This document shows, in pieces, positions 10,313-20,490 of a DNA stretch of 64,000 nucleotides. Origin of the DNA: an uncultured bacterium (GTDB lineage: Bacteria > Patescibacteriota > Minisyncoccia > Phycocordibacterales > PALSA-1337); the NCBI GenBank assembly GCA_963701025.1, contig OY969557.1:368622-432621 (forward strand). The letters are read 5' to 3'. Position 1 is the stretch's first letter. Each line of letters starts with the position of its first letter. The position numbers were made by a program, and so were the translations under genes. The notes beneath the pieces are model-generated. The model did no database searches. It was not told where the DNA came from and was given only the letters and a program-made list of their open reading frames with translations.

Positions 10313-11149
10313 TCAATGCGCCGCCGGCCTTTCCGGTTCCCGCTTCATGATCCTGATGAGGGAATAGGTCTGGTGGTAGTAGGCGTGCGTGCCGAGGATC
10401 TCGCAGGCGACAGCCGCGCCGCTCTTCTCGACGGCTTCGATCAGCTCGCCTTCGTCATATGGACGCGTGTCTCCCCAGACGACCAGCATACGATGGCTTC
10501 CCCATTCCTTCTGGCCGACATTGTCCTTGCGGAACGGATGCACTAGATAGATGCGCTTATCCGGATACGCGGGCGACTGATTCGCCAGGATCGACCCGAA
10601 CCGCTTCATGATCCTCTGCATCTTTGGCCTGCTTTGGACCTGAATGAACTGGCTAGCGAAGTAGATGACGCTCTGCGGCGCATCGAACTCGCCGTCGGAC
10701 CATGTCTCCTCGATCTCCCCTTTCTTCACGCGGACCGCGCCGCTTTTGACGAACTCCGGACAGAGGATATTGGAGACGCTGTCGCATCCAACCTGGCAGA
10801 CTTCCCGGATGGTGATGATGAAGCCTTGTTTCTTGGCATCCCTCACCCACCCGAGATCCCTGCACAGCCCCGCGCCCAAGATCTCGACGCGGAGATTCGT
10901 GCGCGCCGCACCCGCTTCGCGCGTGACATCGTCTATCTGGCCCGTCATGATGTCGCTCGAGAACCCCCCGAAGGACAGATTCTCTTGCAGGTAGTTCTCC
11001 TCGTTGATGATGCCCTCCGACAGCTTTCGGGGTGCCAAAGGGAAAGGATTGCCCTTTCCGGCCTTCAGCTTTCTGTTCCAATGATTTTCAAGCTCCAACT
11101 GCGCGGAAAGCCTCAAAGCAAGGTCTTGCCGCAAAGTGATCCCACTCAT
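10313..11149 (-). CDS. Hypothetical protein, possibly SAM-methyltransferase-like fold
   Basis: 278-aa ORF with GGAGG upstream; EILGAG resembles SAM motif I. Confidence 0.55.
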   Translation of the reverse strand: MSGITLRQDLALRLSAQLELENHWNRKLKAGKGNPFPLAPRKLSEGIINEENYLQENLSFGGFSSDIMTGQIDDVTREAGAARTNLRVEILGAGLCRDLGWVRDAKKQGFIITIREVCQVGCDSVSNILCPEFVKSGAVRVKKGEIEETWSDGEFDAPQSVIYFASQFIQVQSRPKMQRIMKRFGSILANQSPAYPDKRIYLVHPFRKDNVGQKEWGSHRMLVVWGDTRPYDEGELIEAVEKSGAAVACEILGTHAYYHQTYSLIRIMKREPERPAAH

Positions 11150-11320
11150 ACCAACCTCCTTTTTGATGGTTAAAGACTAAGATCGCTAACTTCTATTTAC
11201 CCACTTTATATCACAAGTCGAGGCATCACGCCACACACTGTTAATTACCTGTGTATAACTATTAATACATATTTAATAAAACCGCTTGCGCCGCGGAGCC
11301 GGACGGTATAGTATGGCCCG

Positions 11321-11989
11321 ATGACCATACTCATCATAGAAGACGAAAAGAAGCTCGTCGCTATATTGAAAAAGGCCCTGAAACGCGAGCGCTACGCCAC
11401 GGACGAGGCATACGACGGCGAAGCGGGACTCAAGAAGGCCCTGAAGAACAGCTACAGCCTCATCCTGCTCGACATCATGCTGCCACGGAGGAACGGCATG
11501 GAAGTCTGCTCCGAGCTGCGCCGGCGCGGCAGAGAGACTCCCGTCATCATGCTCACCGCCCGGGGCATGACCGAAGACCGCGTCCAAGGCCTCGACCTCG
11601 GCGCCGACGACTATATCGTCAAGCCGTTCGAGATGAGCGAGCTCTTCGCCCGTATGCGGGCCGTGCTCCGCCGGAGGAAGGCTCTCGAAGCGCCCGTGCG
11701 GAAGGTCGGCAACCTCGTCTTCGACGCGTCCCGGCATCAGGTCACCCGCGCCGGCAGACAGATCGCTCTCACGCCGAAGGAATATCGCCTGCTGGACACG
11801 CTCATCCGCCACGCCAATCAGGCGTTGACCAGGCGTCAGCTCCTCGATGAGGCGTGGGGACCGGATTTCAAGGAAACGAACTACGAGCTCAACGTGCATA
11901 TACGCTATTTGAGGCAGAAGATCGACCCCGCCCGGACGAAAAAGCTCATCTGTACGGTGCGCGGCGTCGGTTATGCGCTTCGAGAGTGA
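11321..11989 (+). CDS. OmpR/PhoB-family response regulator
   Basis: IEDE, LLDIMLP, GADDYIVKPF, TVRGVGY. Confidence 0.95.
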   Translation: MTILIIEDEKKLVAILKKALKRERYATDEAYDGEAGLKKALKNSYSLILLDIMLPRRNGMEVCSELRRRGRETPVIMLTARGMTEDRVQGLDLGADDYIVKPFEMSELFARMRAVLRRRKALEAPVRKVGNLVFDASRHQVTRAGRQIALTPKEYRLLDTLIRHANQALTRRQLLDEAWGPDFKETNYELNVHIRYLRQKIDPARTKKLICTVRGVGYALRE

Positions 11990-12030
11990 CGTCAGAGCAA
12001 GGCGCTCAAGCCATGAATATTTGATTTATA

Positions 12031-12068
12031 TTAAAAGATATTAACAGGTAATTCACACCTTATCTACA
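12031..12068 (+). promoter_or_regulatory. Four TT(A/C)ACA-like hexamers at 10-11 bp spacing (possible OmpR/PhoP-type boxes)
   Basis: ttaaaa/ttaaca/ttcaca/tctaca starting at 12031, 12041, 12052, 12063 in an AT-rich intergenic region. Confidence 0.35.
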
Positions 12069-12179
12069 TTTTGGTGTGTTTTTTTGTTGACTTTACCGTT
12101 TTTAATTTTTATCATTGTTATATTAAAATAATATTAAGTTATTAATTATCAATTATTAATCTAAACTTCATATATCATC

Positions 12180-12434
12180 ATGTTAAAAAGACTACAGAGG
12201 ATCGGTTCGTCGGTGAAAGACCGCTTCAGCGGCTCTCGGAAGCTGGTCATGTGCAGGAAATGCCACTCTTTCTATTACAAGAGGAGCTGGCACTTCGAGG
12301 CGCCGGAAAGCGCCGAGAGCGAGATTGAAGAGGAGGTTCCTGTGCGCTTGACCCAATGCTCTGCCTGCGCCGAGTTCGAGGCGACGCTCAACGACCGCGA
12401 CAGCGAGCTCCTGGCATACGGATTTTCGTCATAG
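12180..12434 (+). CDS. Small zinc-ribbon-like protein
   Basis: CRKC and CSAC motifs. Confidence 0.6.
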   Translation: MLKRLQRIGSSVKDRFSGSRKLVMCRKCHSFYYKRSWHFEAPESAESEIEEEVPVRLTQCSACAEFEATLNDRDSELLAYGFSS

Positions 12435-12543
12435 TTGTCATAGGTGTCATGGGTACGAAGGTTCATGGGTATGAGAACCCGAGGATGGTCGTGGACAACA
12501 CTTCAAGGCGCCGGTTGTATGGAACATGCGTGATCATAATCAT

Positions 12544-13173
12544 ATGAATAACCGATCAATACAACTTAGATTCACCGCGTGTTATGAAGCCGAGGTAGAT
12601 AGCATATTCAGGTTCTGCTCGTTCCGCGTTTCCGACCATGAGCAAGCTATCGACCTCGTCCAAGAGACGTTCACCCGCATGTGGCGGGTCCTCTCCGATG
12701 GCACCCGTATAGAGAATGACCGGGCATTCCTCTTCACGGTCGCCCATCATGTCATCATTGATTGGTACCGCAAGAAGAAAGCCCTTTCCCTCGAGAGCCT
12801 AGCCGATCCAGAGAGCCAGGAATCATACGAACCCTCCGACGGCCGTTGCTTCGCGGACCTAGAGAGAGATGCCGAAGGCAGACGCATCGTCGCTAAGCTC
12901 AACGATGTCTCTCCTATCAATGGTCAAGCAGTTTACCTCCGCTTTATCGAAGGCATGTCCCCGCCGGACATCGGCAAGGTACTCGGCATCACTGGCAATG
13001 CCGCCGCCGTCCGCGTCAACCGCGGATTGAAAGAGTTGCGTCACCTGACCGGATATGACCAGGGGGCACAAACGCGCGCGAATGGCAAGGTGCGAACTGA
13101 TACCACCGCGCACAAGCTTAGGAAGCTGGTGACGATATGGAGAAAGAGAGACCTCACCACGCGAATGGCGTGA
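12544..13173 (+). CDS. ECF RNA polymerase sigma-70 factor
   Basis: DLVQETF, FLFTVAHH.IIDWYRK, region-4 HTH. Confidence 0.88.
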   Translation: MNNRSIQLRFTACYEAEVDSIFRFCSFRVSDHEQAIDLVQETFTRMWRVLSDGTRIENDRAFLFTVAHHVIIDWYRKKKALSLESLADPESQESYEPSDGRCFADLERDAEGRRIVAKLNDVSPINGQAVYLRFIEGMSPPDIGKVLGITGNAAAVRVNRGLKELRHLTGYDQGAQTRANGKVRTDTTAHKLRKLVTIWRKRDLTTRMA

Positions 13174-13283
13174 ACTTTGGTTGGAAGCGGCGTTGCACAA
13201 TATCCTTTGTGCTACATTTATATACTCTGTGTCAACTCCCCTCCCCTCTCACTCTCGAAAATGCTACAGTTATCGCACTTGCT

Positions 13284-15059
13284 ATGAATCCTTCCGACCC
13301 AGCACTCGCCGCCAAGCGCCATACCCTGGCGCATTTGCTCGCCGCCGCCGTGTTGGAGCTATACCCCGATGCAAAGCCGACCATCGGCCCGGCCATAGAC
13401 AACGGCTTCTATTACGACTTCGAGTTCAGCGCGCCCATCGCCGAATCAGATCTGAAAGACATAGAGAAGAAGATGCGCAAGCTGCTTCCGTCGTGGAAAT
13501 CGATGGAAGGAAAAGAGACGGATGAAAAAGGGGCAAAAGAGACATTTAAAGCTAACCCGTATAAGACGGAACTCATCGATGAAATAATAAATAAAAAGGA
13601 GAAGCTGACCCTCTACACCGCAGGCCATTTTACCGACCTCTGCCGCGGCGGACACAGCGAAAATCCGGCAAAAGAGATCGCGGTCGATTCATTCAAACTT
13701 TCCCGCTTGGCTGGCGCCTATTGGCGCAGCGATGAAAAGAATAAACAGCTTACGCGCATATACGGTCTGGCTTTCAATACCAAAGACGAATTGGACGCGT
13801 ATCTCAACATGATGAAAGAAGCCGAGAAGCGCGATCACCGCAAGCTCGGCAAGGAAATGGATATATTCGAATTCGACGACGACGTCGGACCCGGTCTGCC
13901 ACTTTGGCTACCGAATGGCGGAGCCCTAATAGAAGAATTGGAAAAACTGGCGGTGGAAACCGAATTCAAGGCCGGTTATGTCCGTGTACGTACTCCTCAC
14001 ATCGCCAAAGAATCGATGTACTTGAAGAGTGGTCATTTGCCCTACTATGAAGAGTCCATGTTTCCTCCCATGGAATATGAGGGTGGAAAATATTACCTCA
14101 AAGCGATGAATTGTCCGCACCATCACAAGATATATGCGGCACGGCCCAAGAGCTATCGCGACCTGCCTCTTCGATTGGCCGAATACGGCACCTGCTATCG
14201 CCACGAGAAATCAGGGGAGCTCTTCGGTCTCATGCGCGTGCGCATGCTCGATATGAACGACGCCCATATCTATTGCACGGAGGAACAATTCGCCGACGAA
14301 TTCAAAGCAGTCAATGACATGTATCTGGAATACTTCAGATTGTTCGGCATAGATAAATACGTCATGCGCTTCTCCACCCACGATCCGAAGCGTCTCGGCG
14401 ACAAGTTCGTCAATGAGCCGGAGTTGTGGAAGAAGACCGAGGATATGGTGAGAAATGTCCTGGTCGATTCGAAGATCCCATTCGTCGAAGTGCCCAACGA
14501 GGCCGCCTTCTACGGGCCGAAGATAGACGTCCAGGTCTGGTCGGCTATAGGCCGTGAATTCACCCTGGCGACGAACCAAGTCGACTTCGCCGTGCCGCGC
14601 AGGTTCGGTCTCGAATACAGCGATTCCGACGGCACAAAGAAGACCCCTCTTTGCATCCACCGCGCTCCGCTCGGCACGCACGAGCGCTTTATCGGCTTTC
14701 TCATCGAGCACTACGGCGGCAACTTCCCTCTCTGGTTGGCACCGGTTCAAGTGGCAGTCATACCGGTGACCGAAGCGAATTTTGAAGCCGCCAAAAAAAT
14801 CCATACCTCTCTGCGCGCCCGTATGATCCGTTCCGAATTCGACGCGTCGAACGCCGGTTTCGGCAAGAAAGTCAGGAACGCCAAAAACGCCCGCATTCCT
14901 TATACGATAATTATCGGAGACAAGGATATGGCCGCAGGCAAAGTCACCCTGGAAAGCAGGGACCTGTCTGCCGAACAGGCAGGCAAGGGACAGATCGGGC
15001 AGTTGGGCGTTGAAGAAGTATTGAAAAGGTTTGAGGAGGAGATCAGGGAGAGGAAATAA
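13284..15059 (+). CDS. thrS: Threonine--tRNA ligase (lacks the N-terminal TGS domain)
   Basis: RHTLAH, DLCRGGH, RDHRKLG, MNCPHH, YRHE, FYGPKID, GTHERF. Confidence 0.97.
   Translation: MNPSDPALAAKRHTLAHLLAAAVLELYPDAKPTIGPAIDNGFYYDFEFSAPIAESDLKDIEKKMRKLLPSWKSMEGKETDEKGAKETFKANPYKTELIDEIINKKEKLTLYTAGHFTDLCRGGHSENPAKEIAVDSFKLSRLAGAYWRSDEKNKQLTRIYGLAFNTKDELDAYLNMMKEAEKRDHRKLGKEMDIFEFDDDVGPGLPLWLPNGGALIEELEKLAVETEFKAGYVRVRTPHIAKESMYLKSGHLPYYEESMFPPMEYEGGKYYLKAMNCPHHHKIYAARPKSYRDLPLRLAEYGTCYRHEKSGELFGLMRVRMLDMNDAHIYCTEEQFADEFKAVNDMYLEYFRLFGIDKYVMRFSTHDPKRLGDKFVNEPELWKKTEDMVRNVLVDSKIPFVEVPNEAAFYGPKIDVQVWSAIGREFTLATNQVDFAVPRRFGLEYSDSDGTKKTPLCIHRAPLGTHERFIGFLIEHYGGNFPLWLAPVQVAVIPVTEANFEAAKKIHTSLRARMIRSEFDASNAGFGKKVRNAKNARIPYTIIIGDKDMAAGKVTLESRDLSAEQAGKGQIGQLGVEEVLKRFEEEIRERK
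14963..14983. repeat. 21-bp palindromic element in frame inside thrS
   Basis: cctgtctg-ccgaa-caggcagg, encoding LSAEQAG. Confidence 0.65.
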
Positions 15060-15077
15060 AATTCATGTAAAAGTCGA

Positions 15078-15107
15078 GGCGCCGGGAGAATAAATCCTCC
15101 AGGCGCC
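15078..15107. terminator. Hairpin between convergent genes
   Basis: ggcgccgggag...ctccaggcgcc stem. Confidence 0.5.
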
Positions 15108-15341
15108 CTAAGTTTCACCCTCAACTTCAGAAACGATATCGAGCTTCGCATTGTAGTCATCTATAGAATTAGGATTACAACGCGGGCAATCTATCTGAAA
15201 CTCCAGGATCACCTGGACCACGTTTTGGGACGCGGTCTTCTCTCTCAATCGTTCTTTCAGTCTTCGTGGAACTGATGCCTCAAAGAAGGCAGGGTCCGGA
15301 TGGTATGGACCGCACTTCGGGCATTGAAAGAAGTAATCCAT
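15108..15341 (-). CDS. Small CxxC...CxxC protein
   Basis: CPKC and CPRC; TGATG coupling to the upstream gene. Confidence 0.6.
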   Translation of the reverse strand: MDYFFQCPKCGPYHPDPAFFEASVPRRLKERLREKTASQNVVQVILEFQIDCPRCNPNSIDDYNAKLDIVSEVEGET

Positions 15342-15847
15342 CAGATCACCCCTTTCATGCCACACGCTTTGGCCCTGTTGAACCAACCCGTGATTTCTCC
15401 GGCCGCCTCATGGTAACCGGTAATCGCATCGTCAGCTGTGACCAGCACACGCGCCCGCGGGGCACAATCTTTGTGCGGATTCATAGTCGTATCCACCGTC
15501 ACGATGACCCCCTCGTAGAAAAAGAAGCCGTCAATCTTGTGGAATACATCCAATGCGCTGCCCACGGCGGTATATATAGCCAAGCGCGATGGATTCATGC
15601 CGGCGCCTTGCATCTCTTGAGCGACGACCTCGCGAAAATTCGAAGCTTCGCCCGCCGGTTCATAAGGACTGCCCGGTTGGTTGCAGAAGACCGCATCCAA
15701 GGCCGGTTTGAACTTTACGTACCCCCGGCATCGGATCCTGCATTCTCCGAGAGTTTCGCGTTCGAAAATCCGTCCTGTCGTACCGCGCAATTCTGGATTC
15801 CATGTTTGCCGCCATATGTTTATTGATCTCGTACTCATGAGTTTCAT
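15341..15847 (-). CDS. Hypothetical protein
   Basis: 168-aa ORF with GGAGG RBS; IDGFF...TVDTT resembles a restriction-endonuclease-like core. Confidence 0.6.
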   Translation of the reverse strand: MKLMSTRSINIWRQTWNPELRGTTGRIFERETLGECRIRCRGYVKFKPALDAVFCNQPGSPYEPAGEASNFREVVAQEMQGAGMNPSRLAIYTAVGSALDVFHKIDGFFFYEGVIVTVDTTMNPHKDCAPRARVLVTADDAITGYHEAAGEITGWFNRAKACGMKGVI

Positions 15848-16036
15848 TCCTCCATTTTAGTTGTTTTTCGTTGACCGAAATATTTGGCTGGAAAGATCAT
15901 GCTACACTTTCCCCTCGCTATTATACACTATAATATACCTTCCTGTCAAGCACTCAAAAAACCCCATTTCTGGGGCTTTTTGCGACATCTTTTATTTGGA
16001 GCCGACACCCGCTCGTTTCTTTTCTATTGCCTCCTA

Positions 16037-17362
16037 TTATATCTTAGGACGGTTGAATACGAGATACATGACCGTACCAAAGAGAACGAGGATGACGAGG
16101 ACGGCTACCCAGCCCCATGGCAAATTCGACAGAGAGAACAGGGCCGAAGCAGAGAGGCCGTTGCTATTCTGCTGTTGCGCCGCGGGGGCAGGTTGGACCT
16201 GCTGGACGGGGGCAGTCGGGGCCGCGTATCCGCCGCCGTTGCCGTGGACAGCCAGAGAATCGGTGCAGGCTCGGGTGCCGGTCTTGCCGTCGGCGGAAGT
16301 GATGGAGACTATGGCGTCCTTTTGCCCAGCCGAACTATAGTATTTGATGACGGAGCTCTGCGAACCGTTGAGACCGTCGGAACCGGTCCAAGAATAGGTG
16401 TAAGGAGCGACGCCGCCGGTCACTTCAGCGTTCCAGGTAACGGGTTGGTTCACGGAGACAGTCGCGGGGTCGGCGTAACAACCGATATCGAGGCTATTGT
16501 TATTATTGGACGCGACGACTGGAACGATGTAGGAATTCTGATAGCCGCCCACGTTCACGCTGCTGGAACAATTCTGGGTGACGGTCTGACCGTTAGAATA
16601 GACGGTGACCGAAGCGATCTTCTGTCCAGGCGTATTATAGGTCGTGACGATCGACTGATTGTAACCGTATATGCCGTCGGTACCTGACCACGAATAGGTG
16701 TAGACGCCGTTACCGCCGGAGACGCTGGCCAACCAATTTACGGCCGAGCCGATCGAAGCGATGGAGGTATTGGAGTTACAGGAAACTTGGAGCAGATTGT
16801 AATAACCCGTGGTATTGTAATATGTCGGAGCCGTATTGTAATAGTACGTAGGCGACGTATTGTAGGTCGTCGGAGGGTAATAGTAGTTGGTTGTGCCCTG
16901 GACATTGACCGAACCGCTGCAGTTAGCCGATATGGTCTGGCCGCCAGAGGTTACCGTGACGCTCGCGTTCTTGAAGCCGGGTGAATAATACGATTTGGAG
17001 ATGGAAGAGCCGTAACCGGAGAGACCTTCATCACCGGACCACGAGACGTTATAAACGCCATTGCCGCCGGAGAGAGATGTCATCCATTGAGCCGTCTGAC
17101 CGGACTGGATAGTGAGCGGCTGCGGATAGCAGGAAGCGTACAGAGGCGCATATTGCTGTACGGGCGGAGAAGTATAGACGGGCGGATAGGAATATGTCGG
17201 CGTACCATAGTAACCGCATGAACCGGAGTAGCAGCCTTGATTATAGGGACTATTGTAATATTGGGCATGAGCCGCCGGCGCGCCGGCAAGACCGGCAACG
17301 AAAACAAGCGCCATGACGAGCATGATGCTTCCGAGGATCTTGTTGTTGCTGATGTTTTTCAT
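16037..17362 (-). CDS. Surface protein with three PKD/Ig-like repeats and C-terminal TM anchor
   Basis: Signal peptide, three SGG.G.Y.YSW.G.DG repeats, C-terminal TM. Confidence 0.8.
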   Translation of the reverse strand: MKNISNNKILGSIMLVMALVFVAGLAGAPAAHAQYYNSPYNQGCYSGSCGYYGTPTYSYPPVYTSPPVQQYAPLYASCYPQPLTIQSGQTAQWMTSLSGGNGVYNVSWSGDEGLSGYGSSISKSYYSPGFKNASVTVTSGGQTISANCSGSVNVQGTTNYYYPPTTYNTSPTYYYNTAPTYYNTTGYYNLLQVSCNSNTSIASIGSAVNWLASVSGGNGVYTYSWSGTDGIYGYNQSIVTTYNTPGQKIASVTVYSNGQTVTQNCSSSVNVGGYQNSYIVPVVASNNNNSLDIGCYADPATVSVNQPVTWNAEVTGGVAPYTYSWTGSDGLNGSQSSVIKYYSSAGQKDAIVSITSADGKTGTRACTDSLAVHGNGGGYAAPTAPVQQVQPAPAAQQQNSNGLSASALFSLSNLPWGWVAVLVILVLFGTVMYLVFNRPKI

Positions 17363-17477
17363 GTGATTTAACGGCTCTATTAAGCCATTCCATAATGGAA
17401 TCAACTGATAAGTTATCAAGCTCTTTTAAAGTCGTATGGGCCGTATTATATACTACCTAAACAATTTGTCAAGTGGG

Positions 17478-17550
17478 TGCCGAGGACCAGGATCGAACTG
17501 GTGACCCTTCCCTCTTCAGGGGAATGCTCTACCAACTGAGCTACCTCGGC
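17478..17550 (-). tRNA. tRNA-Phe (GAA)
   Basis: GCCGAGG acceptor stem, TAGCTCAGTTGGTAGAGC D arm, CT-GAA-GA loop, TTCGATCC T loop. Confidence 0.97.
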
Positions 17551-17570
17551 ATATTATGAAGCGGAAAATT

Positions 17571-17843
17571 TCAAAGATTACGAAGCGCCTGCATCAAGCC
17601 CTGGGACGAACTCGTGCCGTTCTGTGCGTTGCCTTGTAAGCTACCTAGCTCGGTCATGATGAAATTGACATACGGCTGGATAAAATAGTACGCCCCAAAG
17701 GAAAGAACGATGATGATGATCCAGTAGACATACCTCATGACGCTGGACCACCGCGCCGATCGGCGTATGCCCTTGAGAAGACGATTATTCTCCTCGGCGA
17801 GCTTGCAGGTCCGTTCTAGCAATGACTTCTCTTCCGGCGTCAT
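17571..17843 (-). CDS. Small single-pass membrane protein
   Basis: 90-aa ORF with one TM helix; TGcTATAGT just upstream of ATG. Confidence 0.75.
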   Translation of the reverse strand: MTPEEKSLLERTCKLAEENNRLLKGIRRSARWSSVMRYVYWIIIIVLSFGAYYFIQPYVNFIMTELGSLQGNAQNGTSSSQGLMQALRNL

Positions 17844-17928
17844 GAGACCAACTATAGCAGGTTTATAAACGGCTGAAAAGTGTGCTAATCTCTCATGGTG
17901 CGAGGCGCCTAAGGGCGCATATCCGTTC

Positions 17929-18000
17929 GCCCTCGTAGTTCAACGGATAGAACAACTCCGTCCTAAGGAGTGGATGTAGGTTCAATTCCTGCCGAGGGTA
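17929..18000 (+). tRNA. tRNA-Arg (CCT)
   Basis: GCCCTCG/CGAGGGT acceptor stem, actcc-GT CCT AA-ggagt anticodon arm, GGTTCAATTCC T arm. Confidence 0.95.
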
Positions 18001-18047
18001 CTCTACACAGTAGCGCTTGCGAAATAGAATCTGCTATAATGTCCGCC

Positions 18048-18737
18048 ATGAAAATACTGGTCGTAGAAGATGATCCGTCGATCGCCGAAGCGCTCCGTGC
18101 CGGACTAGTCTCCGAAGCCCATGCGGTCGATGTCGCGAGCGACGGCACCGACGGGTCGTTCCTGGGACGGAGCTATGAATACGACGCCGTGATTCTGGAT
18201 CATGCCTTGCCGGGAAAGAACGGCATCACGGTCTGCAAGGAGATCCGTAGCACCGGCAAGATGACGCCGATCATATTCCTGTCCGTGACCGGAGATGCCG
18301 ATACAAAGGTCGCGGCCCTCGAGAACGGAGCCGATGATTACGTCGTGAAGCCGTTTTCGATGGCCGAGCTGCGAGCGCGGATCCGCGCGGTCGCGAGGAG
18401 AACACCGGTCGTCCGGAGCGCCGAACTGAAAGTGCACGACCTCGTCCTTGACCCGGGCAGGCATTCTGCCACGCGCGGTTCGAGACATATCCATCTGACC
18501 AAGAAAGAATTCGCTCTTCTTGAATATATGATGAGAAATCAGGGGGTAGTATTGTCGCGCTCCATTCTCATGGAGCACGTCTGGACGGCCGACAATGACC
18601 CGTTCTCCAATACTGTCGAGGCCCATATGCGCAACCTACGCAAGAAACTGAATGCCGGGAATAAGCGGGATCTCATCTCCAATATGCCAGGTCACGGCTA
18701 TATCATGGACGCGACCGAGCGCCTTGTTCGGCTATAG
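18048..18737 (+). CDS. OmpR/PhoB-family response regulator
   Basis: VVEDD, ILDHALP, GADDYVVKPF, NTVEAHM; the ORF-track start lies inside the tRNA so the start was moved to MKIL. Confidence 0.95.
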   Translation: MKILVVEDDPSIAEALRAGLVSEAHAVDVASDGTDGSFLGRSYEYDAVILDHALPGKNGITVCKEIRSTGKMTPIIFLSVTGDADTKVAALENGADDYVVKPFSMAELRARIRAVARRTPVVRSAELKVHDLVLDPGRHSATRGSRHIHLTKKEFALLEYMMRNQGVVLSRSILMEHVWTADNDPFSNTVEAHMRNLRKKLNAGNKRDLISNMPGHGYIMDATERLVRL

Positions 18738-18742
18738 AACCG

Positions 18743-18842
18743 GATCTTCATCGTTTCTTTATCCGATCTTCATCGTTTCTTTATCCGATCTTCATCGTTT
18801 CTTGAGCCTTTCTTGAGCGTTTCTTTATCTGCGCCTGATAAG
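18743..18842. promoter_or_regulatory. Array of eight 11-bp direct repeats followed by CCTGATAA
   Basis: gatcttcatcg/tttctttatcc/gatcttcatcg/tttctttatcc/gatcttcatcg/tttcttgagcc/tttcttgagcg/tttctttatct. Confidence 0.7.
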
Positions 18843-18930
18843 CTGACCGCGGTTATGTGTCGACATAACTAATTATAAATATGGTGATGGTAACCACAAA
18901 GAGGATCCGCTCCCTGGAATAGCTAAAATC

Positions 18931-20490
18931 ATGGCACCTCTTCTCGTACAGGCAGTAGGAGCAAAGAGGAACGCCGCGCGGGCACTCTCCGCCCGGGCGG
19001 CGTTATTCCTAGGATACATATCTAAAAGCTCGCCCTCGCCCGTACCAACCGACGAAGAGCGGAGGCGTAAGGGGTATCTGTTGAACATCATCCTGATCCT
19101 TTCGCTCGCGTACCTCATCATACTCGGAACAACGACCCTGTGGAATTGGGCTATTAAGGGAGGCTCATATGACGACATTCATCCGCTTGTATTCGGAGGC
19201 ATAATCGTCTTTTATGGGGCATTATTGCTGATATCGAAGCGTGGTCATGTCCAAAGCGCTTCTTTCATTCTCGTGGCTTCGGACATGCTCGGCGTCATCT
19301 GGGGTGGCTGGGTCTGGGGAGCAAGTCTGCCGGAAACGCTCTTATTCACGGCTCTCATCATAGTAACGGCAAGCGTGCTCTTGGGATCGACCAAGGGTTT
19401 CATCGTCGCCGGGGCAATGATAGGCGCACTCTCTATTCTCGGCATACACGAAGCGACTGTGCTGAACGTACCAGATTGGAGGTACGACGAGATAACCGCC
19501 GCCGACGTCATATCGTACTCTGCCCTGCTCTTATTCATGAGCTTTGTCGGCTGGCTTTCGAACCGGGAGATCAGGTTGTCTCTCGACCGGACCAAGCGTT
19601 CGGAAAAAGCTCTTGAAGAGGAAAGGAACATGCTCGAGAGGCGAGTAGCCGAGCGCACGAAAGAAATGGTCGCCTTGGAAAGGAAAAATATGTTTTCCCG
19701 GATGGAAACACTGGATCAGGCGGCTCATATAGGCGAGCTGTCGCAGGGAGTCCTACATGATCTGATGAGCCCTTTGTCCGCGATCGCTCTATATGTGGAG
19801 GATATCGCCCGGACGGGCACGGACGTGCATGCTCATGATGGGGGCCGCATGCGGGAGATGATGGAAAAGGCCGTGGAGACGTCAAAACGTATGAGGTCAT
19901 TCATGGAAAGCGTCAGACGACATATAGATCCGGGAGAAAAGTGTTGCATGATAGCGCAAAAGACCGATATAGGCGAAGAGATAGAGATCGCCAGGGATAT
20001 TCTGGCATATAAAGCCCGTATGGCTAATGTCCGTATAATCATAGAGAAGTGCGATCCAATTGAGATTGCCGCCCATCCGGTGCGTATCCATCAAGTATTT
20101 TTGAACCTCATGTCTAACGCTATCGATGCGTGCACGGAAGCTTCAAAAGAAAAATCGGTGCATATTTCGGCCGTTGAAAACGGTGAGAATCTCTTAATAA
20201 CTGTTGCCGACACCGGTTGCGGCATGACCTCGGCGCGACTGGAGTCGCTTTTCGGAAAACCCTCAACGACCAAGCCGCGTGGAACCGGCATCGGCCTTAT
20301 GACAGTCAGATCGATCGTCGAGGGAGAGCTTGGCGGCTCAATCATGGTCAAGAGCGAAGAGGGAGTCGGTACTACATTCATCCTGACCATACCTATGCGC
20401 CCTATGAAGGATACGGAAACAAAAAAAGCTGTATGCGGAATAAATGAACAAAAAGTCAAAGTTCCATATTCTTCACTTCTTACTCTTTGA
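18931..20490 (+). CDS. Membrane sensor histidine kinase
   Basis: About 6 TM helices, LHDLMSPL, NLMSNAIDA, DTGCGM, GTGIGL. Confidence 0.9.
   Translation: MAPLLVQAVGAKRNAARALSARAALFLGYISKSSPSPVPTDEERRRKGYLLNIILILSLAYLIILGTTTLWNWAIKGGSYDDIHPLVFGGIIVFYGALLLISKRGHVQSASFILVASDMLGVIWGGWVWGASLPETLLFTALIIVTASVLLGSTKGFIVAGAMIGALSILGIHEATVLNVPDWRYDEITAADVISYSALLLFMSFVGWLSNREIRLSLDRTKRSEKALEEERNMLERRVAERTKEMVALERKNMFSRMETLDQAAHIGELSQGVLHDLMSPLSAIALYVEDIARTGTDVHAHDGGRMREMMEKAVETSKRMRSFMESVRRHIDPGEKCCMIAQKTDIGEEIEIARDILAYKARMANVRIIIEKCDPIEIAAHPVRIHQVFLNLMSNAIDACTEASKEKSVHISAVENGENLLITVADTGCGMTSARLESLFGKPSTTKPRGTGIGLMTVRSIVEGELGGSIMVKSEEGVGTTFILTIPMRPMKDTETKKAVCGINEQKVKVPYSSLLTL

Noticed and set aside
11230-12180. 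Replication origin (AT-rich stretch with DnaA-box-like words)
   Set aside because: Only isolated imperfect boxes and no dnaA/dnaN context.
18743-18830. CRISPR array
   Set aside because: The repeats are contiguous 11/22-bp units with no unique spacers, and no cas operon is present.
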